Assembly (NCBI RefSeq): GCF_006345805.1
Contig: NC_043008.1
Location: 5,394,001 to 5,458,000, forward strand
Origin: Octopus sinensis
Lineage: Eukaryota
Direction of reading: 5' to 3'
DNA: 64,000 nucleotides
The translations under genes were made by a program, and so were the position numbers. The notes under the pieces were generated by a model. It was given only the letters and a program-made list of their open reading frames with translations. It did no database searches and was not told the origin of the DNA. Shown one piece after another: positions 26,695 to 37,987 of this stretch (its first letter is position 1; every line of letters starts with the position of its first letter).

Positions 26695-27950
26695 TGTCAT
26701 CATCATCATCATCATTTAACGTCCGCTTTCCATGCTAGCATGGGTTGGACGATTTTGACTGATGGCTGCACCAGGCTCCAATCTCAATCTGGAAGATTTT
26801 CTACAGCTGGATGCCCTTCCTAACACCAACCACTCCGAGGTGGTACTGGCAACGGACACGCTCAAATGGTGCTTTTTATGTGCCACCTGCACAGAAGCCA
26901 GTTTATTGCACAGGCAACGATCACGCTCTGATGGTACTCTTAGCGCTCCACTAGCATGTATGCCAGTCATCAAATTTGATTTCGATTTCACTTGCCTCAA
27001 CAGGTCTTCGCAAGCAGAGTTTAGTGTCCAATGAAGAAAAGGTACACATAAGTGGGCTGGTTACACCCCTGGCATAGGCCACGAGATTCTGGTCTCACTT
27101 GGCTTGCTGGGTTTTCTCAAGCACAGCATATTTCCAAAGGTCCCAGTCACTAGTCATTGCCTTGGTGAGGCTCAATGTTCGAAGGTCATGCTTCACCACC
27201 TCATTACAGGTCTTCCTGGATCTACCTCTTCCACAGGTTCCCTCAACTGCTAGGGTGTGGCACTTTTTCACACAGCTATCCACATCCATTCTCACCACAT
27301 GGCCATATCAGTGCAGTTGTCTCTCTTGCACACCACATCTGAGGCTTCTTAGGTTCAACTTTTCTCTCAAGGTACTTACACTCTGTCGAGTATGCACACT
27401 GCCATTACACATCCATCAGAGCATATTAGCTTCATTCCTTGCGAGCTTGCGCATGTCTTCAGCAGTCACGGCACATGTTTGCCTGCCATGTAGCATGGCT
27501 GTTCGCACACATGCGTCATACAATCTACATTTTACTCTGAGCGAGAGGCCCTTTGTTACCAGCAGAGGTAAGAGCACTCTGAACTTTGCCCCGGCTATTC
27601 TTATTCTAGCAGCTACACTTTCAGTGCACCCTCCCCCGCTACTGACTTGGTCACCTAGGTAACGGAAGCTATCAACTACTTCTAGTTTTACTCCCTGGAA
27701 TGTGGTGGAAGTTGTTCTCTACACATTTTCAGTGTTCATTGCTCCTGAGCATCTTGCCACATACAAAAACTATCTTCCCAGTTAGCCTTGCTTTGATATT
27801 GCTGCACCTCTTATGTGTCCATAGCTTACACTGGATACACTGGATACATCTTATAGAGTTTCTACCTACGCCTTTTCTACAGATCAAGCAGGGAAATCTA
27901 CCTGAAGGGATTTGTGGTTTGCCTGCCTTCCTACTTATTAGGAAAGCTTG
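26695..27950 (-). mobile_element. RTE LINE 3' fragment
   Basis: IPSGRFPCLICRKGVGRNSIRC...CKLWTHKRCSNIK...; ORF end and 3'UTR with (CAT)n on the plus strand. Confidence 0.85.
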
Positions 27951-29410
27951 CTGAGTGCCACATACCAAGTCTGTGGTTGGTGAAAAGTCCCTTCCAGACC
28001 TAGAGTTATGTGTTGGTGGAATAGTACAGTAGACAAAGCCATTGGAGCAAAGAAACAGGCCTGGAAAGCCTGGAAGGATCGGGGTAGCAGGGAACTGTAC
28101 CATGTAGCCAAAAGGGAGGCTGGGCGGCAGGTATACATAGCCAAGAGTGAAGCAGAAAAGAAGACGTTTGCCAATGTCCAGTGAGTTGAGGACCAAAGAA
28201 CTGAGGTATTTCGGATTGCAAGACAGTGAGTAAGAGAAAATTGTGATGTCACAGGAGAGAAATGTGTCCGCATTGATGATGTTGTACTTGCTTTTAATGA
28301 TTCTGAAAAGAAAAAGGCTTGGAGAAACCATTATGAAAGACTGCTGAATTTGGAGAATGAATGGGAGGAGGAGAGCCTGCCAAATGTTGACCCAGTAAAC
28401 GGACCAGCTATCCCAATTGACAGCTCCCTAGTGCTGAGATGCTTAAAACATCTGGTGGTGTGGGCTATGGCCTAGTCACCCACACTGTCATACCCAATGA
28501 CTGGCGTAGCAGCACATACGAGGTGCAGCAACATCAAAGGAAAATTAACCGAGAAGATAGCTTTCATGTGCGGCAGATGCACAGGGACAATAGACATCAC
28601 AGATACTCAGAAAACAGATTCCATCACACTCCAGGGGAAGAAACTGGAAGTAGTTGATAGTTTCCACTACCTAGGTGACCAAGTTAGTAGTGGGCGCCCT
28701 GAGAGAAATGCTGGACATAAGAAGCATTAGATGTAGTGTGCAAGAGAGATGTTTGCACTGGTATGATCATGTATTATGGATGGATGAGGAGAGATGTGTG
28801 AAGAAGTGCCACTCCCAAACAGTTGAAGGAATCTGGGGTAGGGGTAGACCCAGGAAGACATGGGATGAGGTGGTCAAGCATGACCTTCGAACATTGGGCC
28901 TCACAGAGGCAATGACGAAAGACCGAGATCTCCGGAGATATGCTGTGACTGCGAAGACCCGACAAATAATGTGAGTTCATGGCTGTTTCCTGCACCAGCT
29001 TCACATAGCAGCCCCAGCCCATCCAAAGTACCTTGGATTGCAGGATGGCCTGCTGTGCTTACCTTGGATCATAAGCAACCTGCTGTGCATGAGGAGACCT
29101 ATTGAGTCAAGTACATCAACATCAAAATAAAGATCAAATGGAAATTGTAGTTGTGATACCTGTGCCAGTGGCACGTAAAAAGCACCAACTGATCGTGGCC
29201 ATTGCCAGTATCCCCTGGCACCTGTGCTGGTGGCACATAAAAAGCACCCACTACACTCACGGAGTGGTTGGCATTAGGAAGGGCATCCAGCTGTAGAAAC
29301 ACTGCCAGATCAGACTGGTACCTGGTGCAGCCTCCTGGCTTCCCAGACTCCAGTTGAACCGTCCAACCCATGCTAACATGGAAAACAGACGTTAAACGAT
29401 GATGATGATA
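27950..29410 (+). mobile_element. Internally deleted RTE LINE, head-to-head with the previous element
   Basis: EN-RT linker (WWNSTVDKAIGAKKQAWKAWK...AWRNHYERLLN) jumps to the C-terminal part (GRGRPRKTWDEVVKHDLR), then 3'UTR and GAT tail. Confidence 0.75.
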
Positions 29411-29513
29411 TATAAATATTCTGTTGTATCTGGGGAGAGTCATTTTCTTTTTGTGCCTTATAATTTAACACACTCACTGATAAAATTTCCACTTATTCCT
29501 TATTTTTATTTTC

Positions 29514-29550
29514 CTAAAATTTTCGTTGCGTCTTGCAACCTTTTCAATAG
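29514..29550 (-). ncRNA. Minimal type I hammerhead ribozyme motif, U3-A8 variant, in a Penelope-like repeat
   Basis: Minus strand reads CTA-TTGAAAA-G-GTTGC-aagac-GCAAC-GAA-AATT-T-TAG: stem I CTA/TAG, stem II GTTGC/GCAAC, palindromic stem III AATT. Activity untested. Confidence 0.55.
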
Positions 29551-31139
29551 TCTTCACTTAAATATACAATAAAACATATACCAATAATTAAGTACAAAAT
29601 AATAAATAAAAAGTATATAATAAGAATATAATTGATAAAAAGACTACATGTGTTTTATGGCTATATTTTCAAACTGATAACAGTAAAATCAATTCAATTT
29701 AAATTTAGTCACTCTTCAGGTCCAAGATAAAAACAATAAAATAATTAAATAAATAAATATATGTTTATAATCTTGTAAGAAAATATAAATATATATAAAA
29801 ATCGAACAAAATACAATAATATATCATAAAATACAAACACGAAATATCTTAATATATTCTGCTAACTAAATCTTTATCCTTAATACATAGAACTTATTAT
29901 TTATAAAATTTATTTCGTTAAAAATGTGGTATAAATAAAACTAGAAGAAATAGATACAAATATTTATTACATCTATGAAAATAAATTTTAACTTATACAA
30001 GAAAAAAATAACAAACTATAATATATCGTTACTAGAAAATTCAAAAGCAAGTAATTAAAACAAAATAAATATATATATAAAAAATACAAAATATACATTA
30101 AGTGAAACTAAAATACTATAATCTAATCTATATACATTAAATTAAATTATTTATTTATTTAATAAACATCTATGTTAAATCATATTCTAATTAAATGATA
30201 TATACTAAAAAAACTTCATGCTAACTTATATACATAATAATGCTACTACAAACTATGACTACAAGAATTAAAAATAGAAAATGGTTCAAATATATACACA
30301 CCTATTAGTTAAACTTACAATATTATTAATTTATATATAGTATATATAGAGAGTTAAATTTACACTCACATACAGAATTAACCAAAATATCAATTAATAT
30401 TAAAAGTATTTACTTAAATGTAATAATACGTAACAAATAAAACTCCTAACTATTAGATAAAATTTTGTCTTACAAAACTACTTCAGAAAGTAAATTATAT
30501 GTAATAATAATAAATGTATGTATCGTAATTAATAATTATATATATATATGTATATATACACACACACACGTAATACGTGCTGTGCGTCAGAAGACCCGGC
30601 AAGACTAGTGAGACCATAACCCGTGGCCTCTACCTGGTATGTAGCCAGTCGACTTACACATACCTTTCCTTCCGTTGAGGCAAGTGAAAATCAAAATAAA
30701 AATCAAACCAAATCAAATCAGATGTCAGAAAGCAGAACCAATATCGAAGTCGATCAGCATCAATGGAAATTGCAGCTGTGATACCAGTGCCGGTGACAAG
30801 TAAGCGAAACATCCGATCGTGGCCGTGGCCAGCGCCGCCCCGACTGGCCTCTGTGCCGGTGGCACGTAAAAAGCACCATCCGTTCGTGGCCGTTACCAGC
30901 CTTGCCTGGCCCCAGTGCCGGTGGCACGTAAAAGCACCATCCGTCCGTGGCCGTTTGCCAGCTGCGGGTGGCACGTAAAAAGCACCCACTACACTCGCGG
31001 GGTGGTTGGCGTTAGGAAGGGCATCCAGCCGTAGAAACACTGCCAGATCAGACTGGGCCTGATGCAGCCTTCTGGCTTCACAGACCCCAGTTGAACCGCC
31101 CAACCCATGCTAGCATGGAAAGCGGACGCTAAATGATGA

Positions 31140-32740
31140 TGATGATATATATATATATACACATGTAGACACATACATACCTATATATGCATACGTATAC
31201 ACAAACACTCCTACACGTATATGTAGACATATACGTACGTATATAGACACACATAAGCGTACGTACGTACATACACACGTGCGTACATACACACACATGT
31301 GCGTACGTACATACACACACATGTGCGTACGTAAATACACACACATGTGCGTACGTACATACAAACACAAGCACGTACGTACATACACACACATGCACGT
31401 ACGTACATACACACACATGCATGTACGTACATACACACACATGCATGTACGTACATACACACACATGTACGTACGTACATACATATGTGCGTACGTACGT
31501 ACACACAAGTACGTACGTACATACACACATGTACGAACGTACATAGATACACACACACATACGTACGTATATACACATACGTACGTACGCATATACACAC
31601 ACGTACGTACGTAGACACACACATATGTACGTACATACACACACACATACGTACAAACGTATACACACACATACGTACGTATACACACAAACACATACAT
31701 ACGTATACACACAAACACATACATACGTACATATTTGCAAACACATACACTCACATATGTACATAAATGTTCACACATGTATGTATATATTCACACATAT
31801 GTACGTATATATTTACAAATACGTACGTACACATTCACACATACGTACCGACGTGCACATTCATACATACATACGTATATACTCACACATACGTACGTAT
31901 ATACTCACACGAACGTACGTATATACTCACACGTACGTACTTATATACTCACACGTACGTACGTATATACTCACACGTACGTACGTATATACTCACACAT
32001 ACGTACGTATATATATTCACACATATGTACGTATATATATTCACACATACGCACGTATATATATTCACACATACGCATGTACTCACACATACGTACGTAT
32101 ATACTCACACATACGTACGTATATATATATTCACACATACGTACGTATATACTCACACATACGTACGTATATACTCACACGTACGTACGTATATACTCAC
32201 ACGTACGTACGTATATACTCACACGTACGTACGTATATACTCACACGTACGTACGTATATACTCACACATACGTACGTAAATATTCACACATACGTACGC
32301 ATAGACATACGTAGTTATACACATACACGTACGCATATACACACATATACATACGTACGCATACACACACGCATATACACACACATATACATACGTACGC
32401 ATATGCACACACATATACGTACGCATATACACACACATATACGTACGCATATACACACATATATACGTACGTATATGTGTGTGTATATATATATACACAC
32501 ACATACATATATATACGTACGTATATACACACACACAAACGTGCGTATATCGTGTGTATATGTGCTTTTACGCACACATATGTTCGTATATGAACACAGA
32601 TATACGTGCGTATAGACACACAGATATAGGGGCGTATAGACACACATATACGTATAAACACACATATACATACGTATAGACACAAGTACCCAAACACATA
32701 TTCTTACATACGTATACACACACACATACGTTCGTAAATA
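31140..32740. repeat. About 1.6 kb compound micro/minisatellite (ACGT/TACG/CA/TA; about 20-bp unit ACGTACGTATATACTCACAC)
   Basis: Directly visible; explains all the V/C/Y/T/H-rich ORFs in 31110-32822. Confidence 0.95.
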
Positions 32741-33308
32741 CAAATATGAATACAGTATAGTGGAACAACATTATTCGACCAGGTAAGGAGGAACTATGAT
32801 TGAAGTAGTGGAGTTCATTCATTCACACTGACTTCCAAATACACTTTTCATTATTTCTTCAAGCTCTGATTCAAAGAGATAAAACTCGCTTTTCCTTCCT
32901 CTACAAAGTCGAATTTTTATCAACTCTTTCTACTTTTCGTTTAAATTTTACCCGACTTTCATGATACGAGCCAACGAAGAGAGACTGTACGTGATAGATC
33001 ATCCCGCAAGAAACAACATCTAAATTTCCCTCAAATCAACCCTACAGTCTTATAACAAGGAATAGAACACGTTAGATAACGTAATAATCTACATACCTAT
33101 TTCTTTACTGCCCACAAAAGGCTAAACACAGCCAAACGGATTAAGTCGATTATATCGACCCCAGTGCGTAAATGGTACTTATTTAATCGAGTAATAATCT
33201 ACATACCGCCAAAAAAGACGATGGACACATATGGAATGTCCTTAAATCACAGGGCTATTCCAGATGGGAGCCAAACAACTTTACTCGATTTCTAGTATAT
33301 TTTTCTTC

Positions 33309-33581
33309 GGTACTACTTGAGAACAGTGGTCCCGGTGCGCGCACTCGCGTTGTCGCGCATCCGCGCTAGCTAGTCGTGACTAGTCGATCCTTACTTTGTG
33401 TTTTTGAGCGTTATTTAGTTTGTTTAACAAAAATGATTTACTTTGTGTAAAAATATTATTTATTTTGTGTTTTATTTACTTCGCTAGGTAGTCGTTGTAG
33501 GATCGACTAGTCACGACTAGCTAGCGCGGATGCGCGACCACGCGAGTGCGCGCACCGGGGCCACTGTTCTCAAGTAGTACC
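33309..33581. mobile_element. MITE with 83-bp terminal inverted repeats
   Basis: 33309-33391 and 33499-33581 are reverse complements with 2 mismatches; CpG-rich arms and an AT-rich spacer; the termini can be read as TA-flanked. Confidence 0.85.
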
Positions 33582-34072
33582 CAGTAATATATATATATAT
33601 ATATATATACGAATTATGAATGGATTCGTAGGCGGGTATGTGACGTCAGGACTCCAGTTGAATGAAAGCCCGACAGAGACGTTTGACGTGCTAAAAACTG
33701 CAGCCAAATTTCCCCTCTTATCACATCCTACCATCTTTCAAAACGCACACACACATAATCGATAATGTGGTGCAGAGGAACGTAATACTGGGGGAAAAAT
33801 TTTAATTAAAAACAGGTTGGTCACGACAGGATTACAGGTCTGCCTGATATGGCTAACCTCGGCTGAAGGGAAAACTTAATCAGGACCCCCACATTGTTTA
33901 CAACCGTACCTCGAACTCTATTGTGTAAACATATGTGTGTGAAATTTATGTATAAGCAGTACTATATATATATAAATATATATATATACATCTATGTACT
34001 GTGTATATATATATATGTGTGACCTCGTGAGTACCGCTGGCGATTTTTTTCCTCTATCTTCCCTTCTCCTAT

Positions 34073-34107
34073 GTTTCCGACGAAGAGCTCCGCTCGAGAC
34101 GTTAAAT
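34073..34107 (+). ncRNA. Degenerate minimal hammerhead motif (Penelope-type), probably inactive
   Basis: GTTT-CCGACGA-A-GAGC-tcc-GCTC-GAG-ACGT-T-AAAT: the architecture is intact but U4>C and A14>G. Confidence 0.45.
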
Positions 34108-34467
34108 CCTCCTTCTTCCCTTCTTTCCTGAGCGTCCAATAATACTTTATTTGTTCCACGTCCTCGCGTTGTTTTTTTTTTTTTTTGTGTGTTTTCTTGT
34201 TTGGATTAACTATATATATATATACATATATATATATGTGGGGGGGGGTATATGTTTGTGTGTGTCTGTGTTTGTCCCCCCAACATCGCTTGACAACCGA
34301 TGCTGGTGTGTTTATGTCCCCGTAACTTAGCAGTTCGGCAAAAGAGACCGATAGAATAAGTACTAGGCTTACAAAGAATAAGTCCTGGAGTCGATTTGCT
34401 CGAGTAAAGGCTCCAGCATGGACACAGTCAAATGACTGAAACAAGTAAAAGAGTAAAAGGGTATATA

Positions 34468-34518
<51 letters not shown>

Positions 34519-34862
34519 TATATCACCTAGCACTACACATATATATACACACACACACAAACATAGCTGCATACATGTATTATACACATATACACAACTA
34601 AAATTATAATTTAGGGTATCTAAGAGATAGCACCACGCTGGAAATAGCAGCCAAAATTTGACTTGGTGTATCTCTTAGATCCCTACCCTAAATTATCGTT
34701 TTAATAATAATTATTAGCTTTGAAAGTTTTTATTCCCATGCTGGCCTCCTGATAAGATCGGAATTTAAATAAAGATCTGATCCTTATTAATATAAACATA
34801 TACACAACCATATATTATTCTTTTATTTGTTTCAGTCATTTGACTGCGGCCATGCTGGAGCA

Positions 34863-34924
<62 letters not shown>

Positions 34925-35171
34925 TATATGCACATACACTCACGTATAAACACATATATACACACACGTGTATACATTATATATGACAGTTGTGCCAAGA
35001 TAAACATGACCATAAAGATACGAAGAAAACACATAACACTGAAAGTTGAGGGAAATTATTTCAACATACGACTTAATAATACTAATAACGATAAATTAAT
35101 GTCAACAATATGGTTTTAAACCTTCCAAGACTCTAACAGTATGTTACTAAATATAACGGCGACATACTTAC

Positions 35172-35260
35172 GACAGTCAACCATGTTCTGGGCCGGACCT
35201 GTGTTGTTGTTGAATCTGGAAGAAGGCAGACGACTCGGTCACGTGGTGGCGGTATATGAA
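35172..35260 (-). other. Putative non-coding exon 1 / promoter-proximal region of the PHM/PAM gene (5' boundary unknown)
   Basis: Strong donor CTGTC|GTAAGTATG in non-repetitive, CpG-retaining sequence. The first coding exon has an acceptor and so needs an upstream exon. E-box CACGTG at 35240-35245 and palindrome ATGAATATTCAT at 35256-35267. The link to PHM is inferred. Confidence 0.5.
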
Positions 35261-35299
35261 TATTCATGAGCTTTAAGAGGCGGCGACGGGGACGGGAAA

Positions 35300-36000
35300 G
35301 ACGGTAAGGAAATAAGGAGATGCTGGAGGCGGAGGTGAAAGAAAATAAGGAGATGCTGGAGGCGGAGGTGAGAGCAATGAAGGAAATGATGGAGGTGAAA
35401 GTGAAAGGCAAGAAGGAAATGTCGGAAGTGGAGGTAAAAGGAAATAAGGTGGCGGTGAAAGAAAAAGGAATGAAGAAAATGTCGGAGGTAGAGGTGAAGG
35501 CGATGTCGGAGGTGAAATGGAGGAAGGTGCTGGAGGTGGCGATGAAGAAAATATAGAACTGTTGAGAAGGGAGTTGATATAAGGAAGAAAACTGATAATA
35601 ATATGGAAGATGGAATGAGTGAAATTTTTTTTAAATAATTGAGAGTTGGGAGGCAGTTAATGAACTTGAAAGAAATGAAGGAAGTTGGTAAGAATGACAA
35701 AATGAATACCTGAGTGAGGTGAATGGAATTGAAAGAGATAAAGAAAGAAGATGGAAATAAAGGAATTAATGTGGAGGAGGGGTAGAGTGAATGAAATTGA
35801 AAGAAATAAAGGGTGATAGGAATGAAATAATGTGGGCTGGAAGAAGAATCAAAAGAGATAAGAGGTGATGGGAATTAAAGAAATACCAGGAGGAATAAAT
35901 GGAATTGAAAGAGATAAGAGAGAGTGATGAGAAATAATGCAAGAGGTGAATGAGACTGAAAGAAGTAAGAGAGAGAGCAGTGATAATGAATGAACTAATG
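35300..36000. repeat. Purine-rich (GA) degenerate tandem repeat
   Basis: Units such as GGAGGTGAAAGAAAATAAGGAGATGCTGGAGGC are repeated; the plus strand is strongly purine-biased. Confidence 0.7.
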
Positions 36001-36017
36001 GCAGATGATAGGAACTA

Positions 36018-36415
36018 AGGTAGCGAGTTGGCAGAATCGTTAGCACGTCGGGCGAAATGCTTAGCGGTATTTTGTCTGCCTCTACGTTCTGAGTTCAAAT
36101 TTCGCCGAGGTCAACTTTGCCTTTCATCCTTTCGATTAAATAAGTACCAGTTACGCACTGAGGTCGATGTAATCGACTTAATACCCATGTCTGTCTATGC
36201 TTAGCCCCTTGTGGGTAATAAAGAAATAGGTATTTCGTCTGTCATTACATTCTGAGTTCAAATTCCGCCGAGGTCGACTTTGCCTTTTATCCTTTCGGGG
36301 TCGATTAAATAAGTACCAGTTACGCACTGGGGTTGATGTAATCGACTTAATCCGTTTGACTGTCCTTGTTTGTCCCCTCTGTGTTTAGCCCCTTGTGGGT
36401 AGTAAAGAAATAGGT
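36018..36415 (+). mobile_element. tRNA-derived SINE, tandem dimer
   Basis: A-box-like TGGCAGAATCGTTAG, B-box GTTCAAATT(T/C)C and central GTCGACTTTGCCTTTCATCCTTTCGGGGTCGAT; the body is repeated from GGTATTTCGTCTG. Confidence 0.8.
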
Positions 36416-36819
36416 AGATGAAAGGAACTAAAAAAAAGAAGATAAGGTAATGGAAGTGGGGCGAAAAGAAGGAAAGTAGCAGAGTGGGAGTGATGAAAGA
36501 AACATAGAGATGAGAAAGAAAGAGATAATAAAAATGGTGGAGAAACAAGTAAAGGAAAGAAAGTAAAGGAGTGAAAGGAATGAATAAAAGACATGTAGAT
36601 GGGAGAATGCCTTGATTATTAAACCTTTTGTTTTTCCAAAGCATTTTCGTATTTTTTTCTAAATATCTATTCTTATTTTTGATTCTCAGCAGTGCATTGT
36701 GCAAGACACTTTATTTCATGTTGCCCCAGTCTACTCAGCTGGCAAAAATGAGTTGTAACTGTGATTCAAAGGTCAAGCCTTGTCATATTTTGTGTCATGC
36801 TGAATCTCCCTGAGAACTA

Positions 36820-37005
36820 TGTTACGGGTATGTGTGTCTTAGTGGTTAGGGTGCCAGCACCATGATCGTGAGATTGTGGTTTCGATTCCTGGACCGGGCG
36901 ACGCGTTGTGTTCTTGAGCAAAACACTTCATTTCACGTTGCTCCAGTCCACTCAGCTGGCACAAATGAGTAACGCTGCGATGGACTGGTGTCGCGTCCAG
37001 CTGGT
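36820..37005 (+). mobile_element. Second tRNA-derived SINE family (V-SINE-like)
   Basis: TTAGTGGTTAGGGTG...GGTTTCGATTCC boxes, then TTGAGCAAAACACTTCA...CCACTCAGCTG...GCGATGGACTGG. Confidence 0.55.
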
Positions 37006-37008
37006 GAA

Positions 37009-37430
37009 AAAAGGCGGCGAGCTGGCAGAAACGTTAGCACGCTGGGCAAAATGCGTAGCTGTATTTCGTCTGTCTTTACGTTCTGAGTTCAAATTCCGCC
37101 GAGGTCGACTTTGCCTTTTATCCTTTCGGGGTCGATAAATTAAGTACCAGTTAAGCACTGGGGTCGATGTAATCGACAATCCGTTTGTCTGTCCTTGTTT
37201 GTCCCCTCTGTGTTTAGCCCCTTGTGGGTAGTAAAGAAATAAGTATTTCGTCTGCCGTTACGTTCTGAGCTCAAATTCTGCCGAGGTCGACTTTGCCTTT
37301 CATCCTTTCAGGGTCGATTAAATAAGTACCAGTTATGCACTGGGGTCAATGTAATCGACTTAATTCGTTTGTCTGTCCTTGTTTGTCCTCTCTGTGTTTA
37401 GCCCCTTATGGGTAGTAAAGAAATAGGTAT
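37009..37430 (+). mobile_element. tRNA-derived SINE, tandem dimer
   Basis: Same family and structure as 36018-36415. Confidence 0.8.
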
Positions 37431-37987
37431 ATGTGTCTGTGGAGCGCTCAGCCACTTGCACATTAATTTCTTGAGCAAGCCGTTCCATTGATTGGATGAG
37501 CCGGAACCCTTGCCATCATAACCGATGTAATGCCAATTATTTTTTCTCTCCATGTTTTTGGTTACTCCTTTTTCATAAGTTCTGGGTAATATAAAACTTT
37601 CCTTTGATAAGTCCCAAAATATTCTGTACTCAGTTCAAAAACAAAATTGGGAATGAGTACTATATATGATGCGTAGACACTAAGAAAATATACCTTGTGT
37701 ATCACATGTGATAGAGAGGACAAGCGAATGGTTAACTAAGGTAGCTGGTGGGGTTCATTAGAAGAAATCTCGATATATATAAAGCTGAAGTTGTCTGTGT
37801 ATGGCAGGTTTGGTAGCCTTCAACTAACACTATCTCCTCCGAGACCCTGCGGCGTAAATTGACCAAAATTGAGAGTATGATGGAAGAAGGCTTGCTCTTC
37901 CTTCCGCAGAAGAAGAAATTCAAGTCGGACCGTGTTAACACCAAAAATTATTTACATCAAAAAGGTGCATATTTTCTATGAAAATCC

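Noticed and set aside
27950-27960. Twin-priming 5' inversion at the head-to-head RTE junction
   Set aside because: The plus-strand piece has its own 3' end and tail and is not contiguous with the start of the minus piece; better explained as two insertions.
29555-30560. Mitochondrial insertion (NUMT)
   Set aside because: No recognisable mitochondrial rRNA, tRNA or CDS motifs; kept only as a composition anomaly.
31110-32822. Many long ORFs rich in V/C/Y/T/H/R
   Set aside because: They are translations of the ACGT/CA/TA satellite in several frames; no coding complexity.
35133-35700. Glu/Lys/Met-rich and Phe/His-rich ORFs
   Set aside because: Translations of the purine-rich tandem repeat.
36018-36130. 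tRNA gene
   Set aside because: A and B boxes belong to a multi-copy SINE head; no full cloverleaf and it continues into the SINE body.
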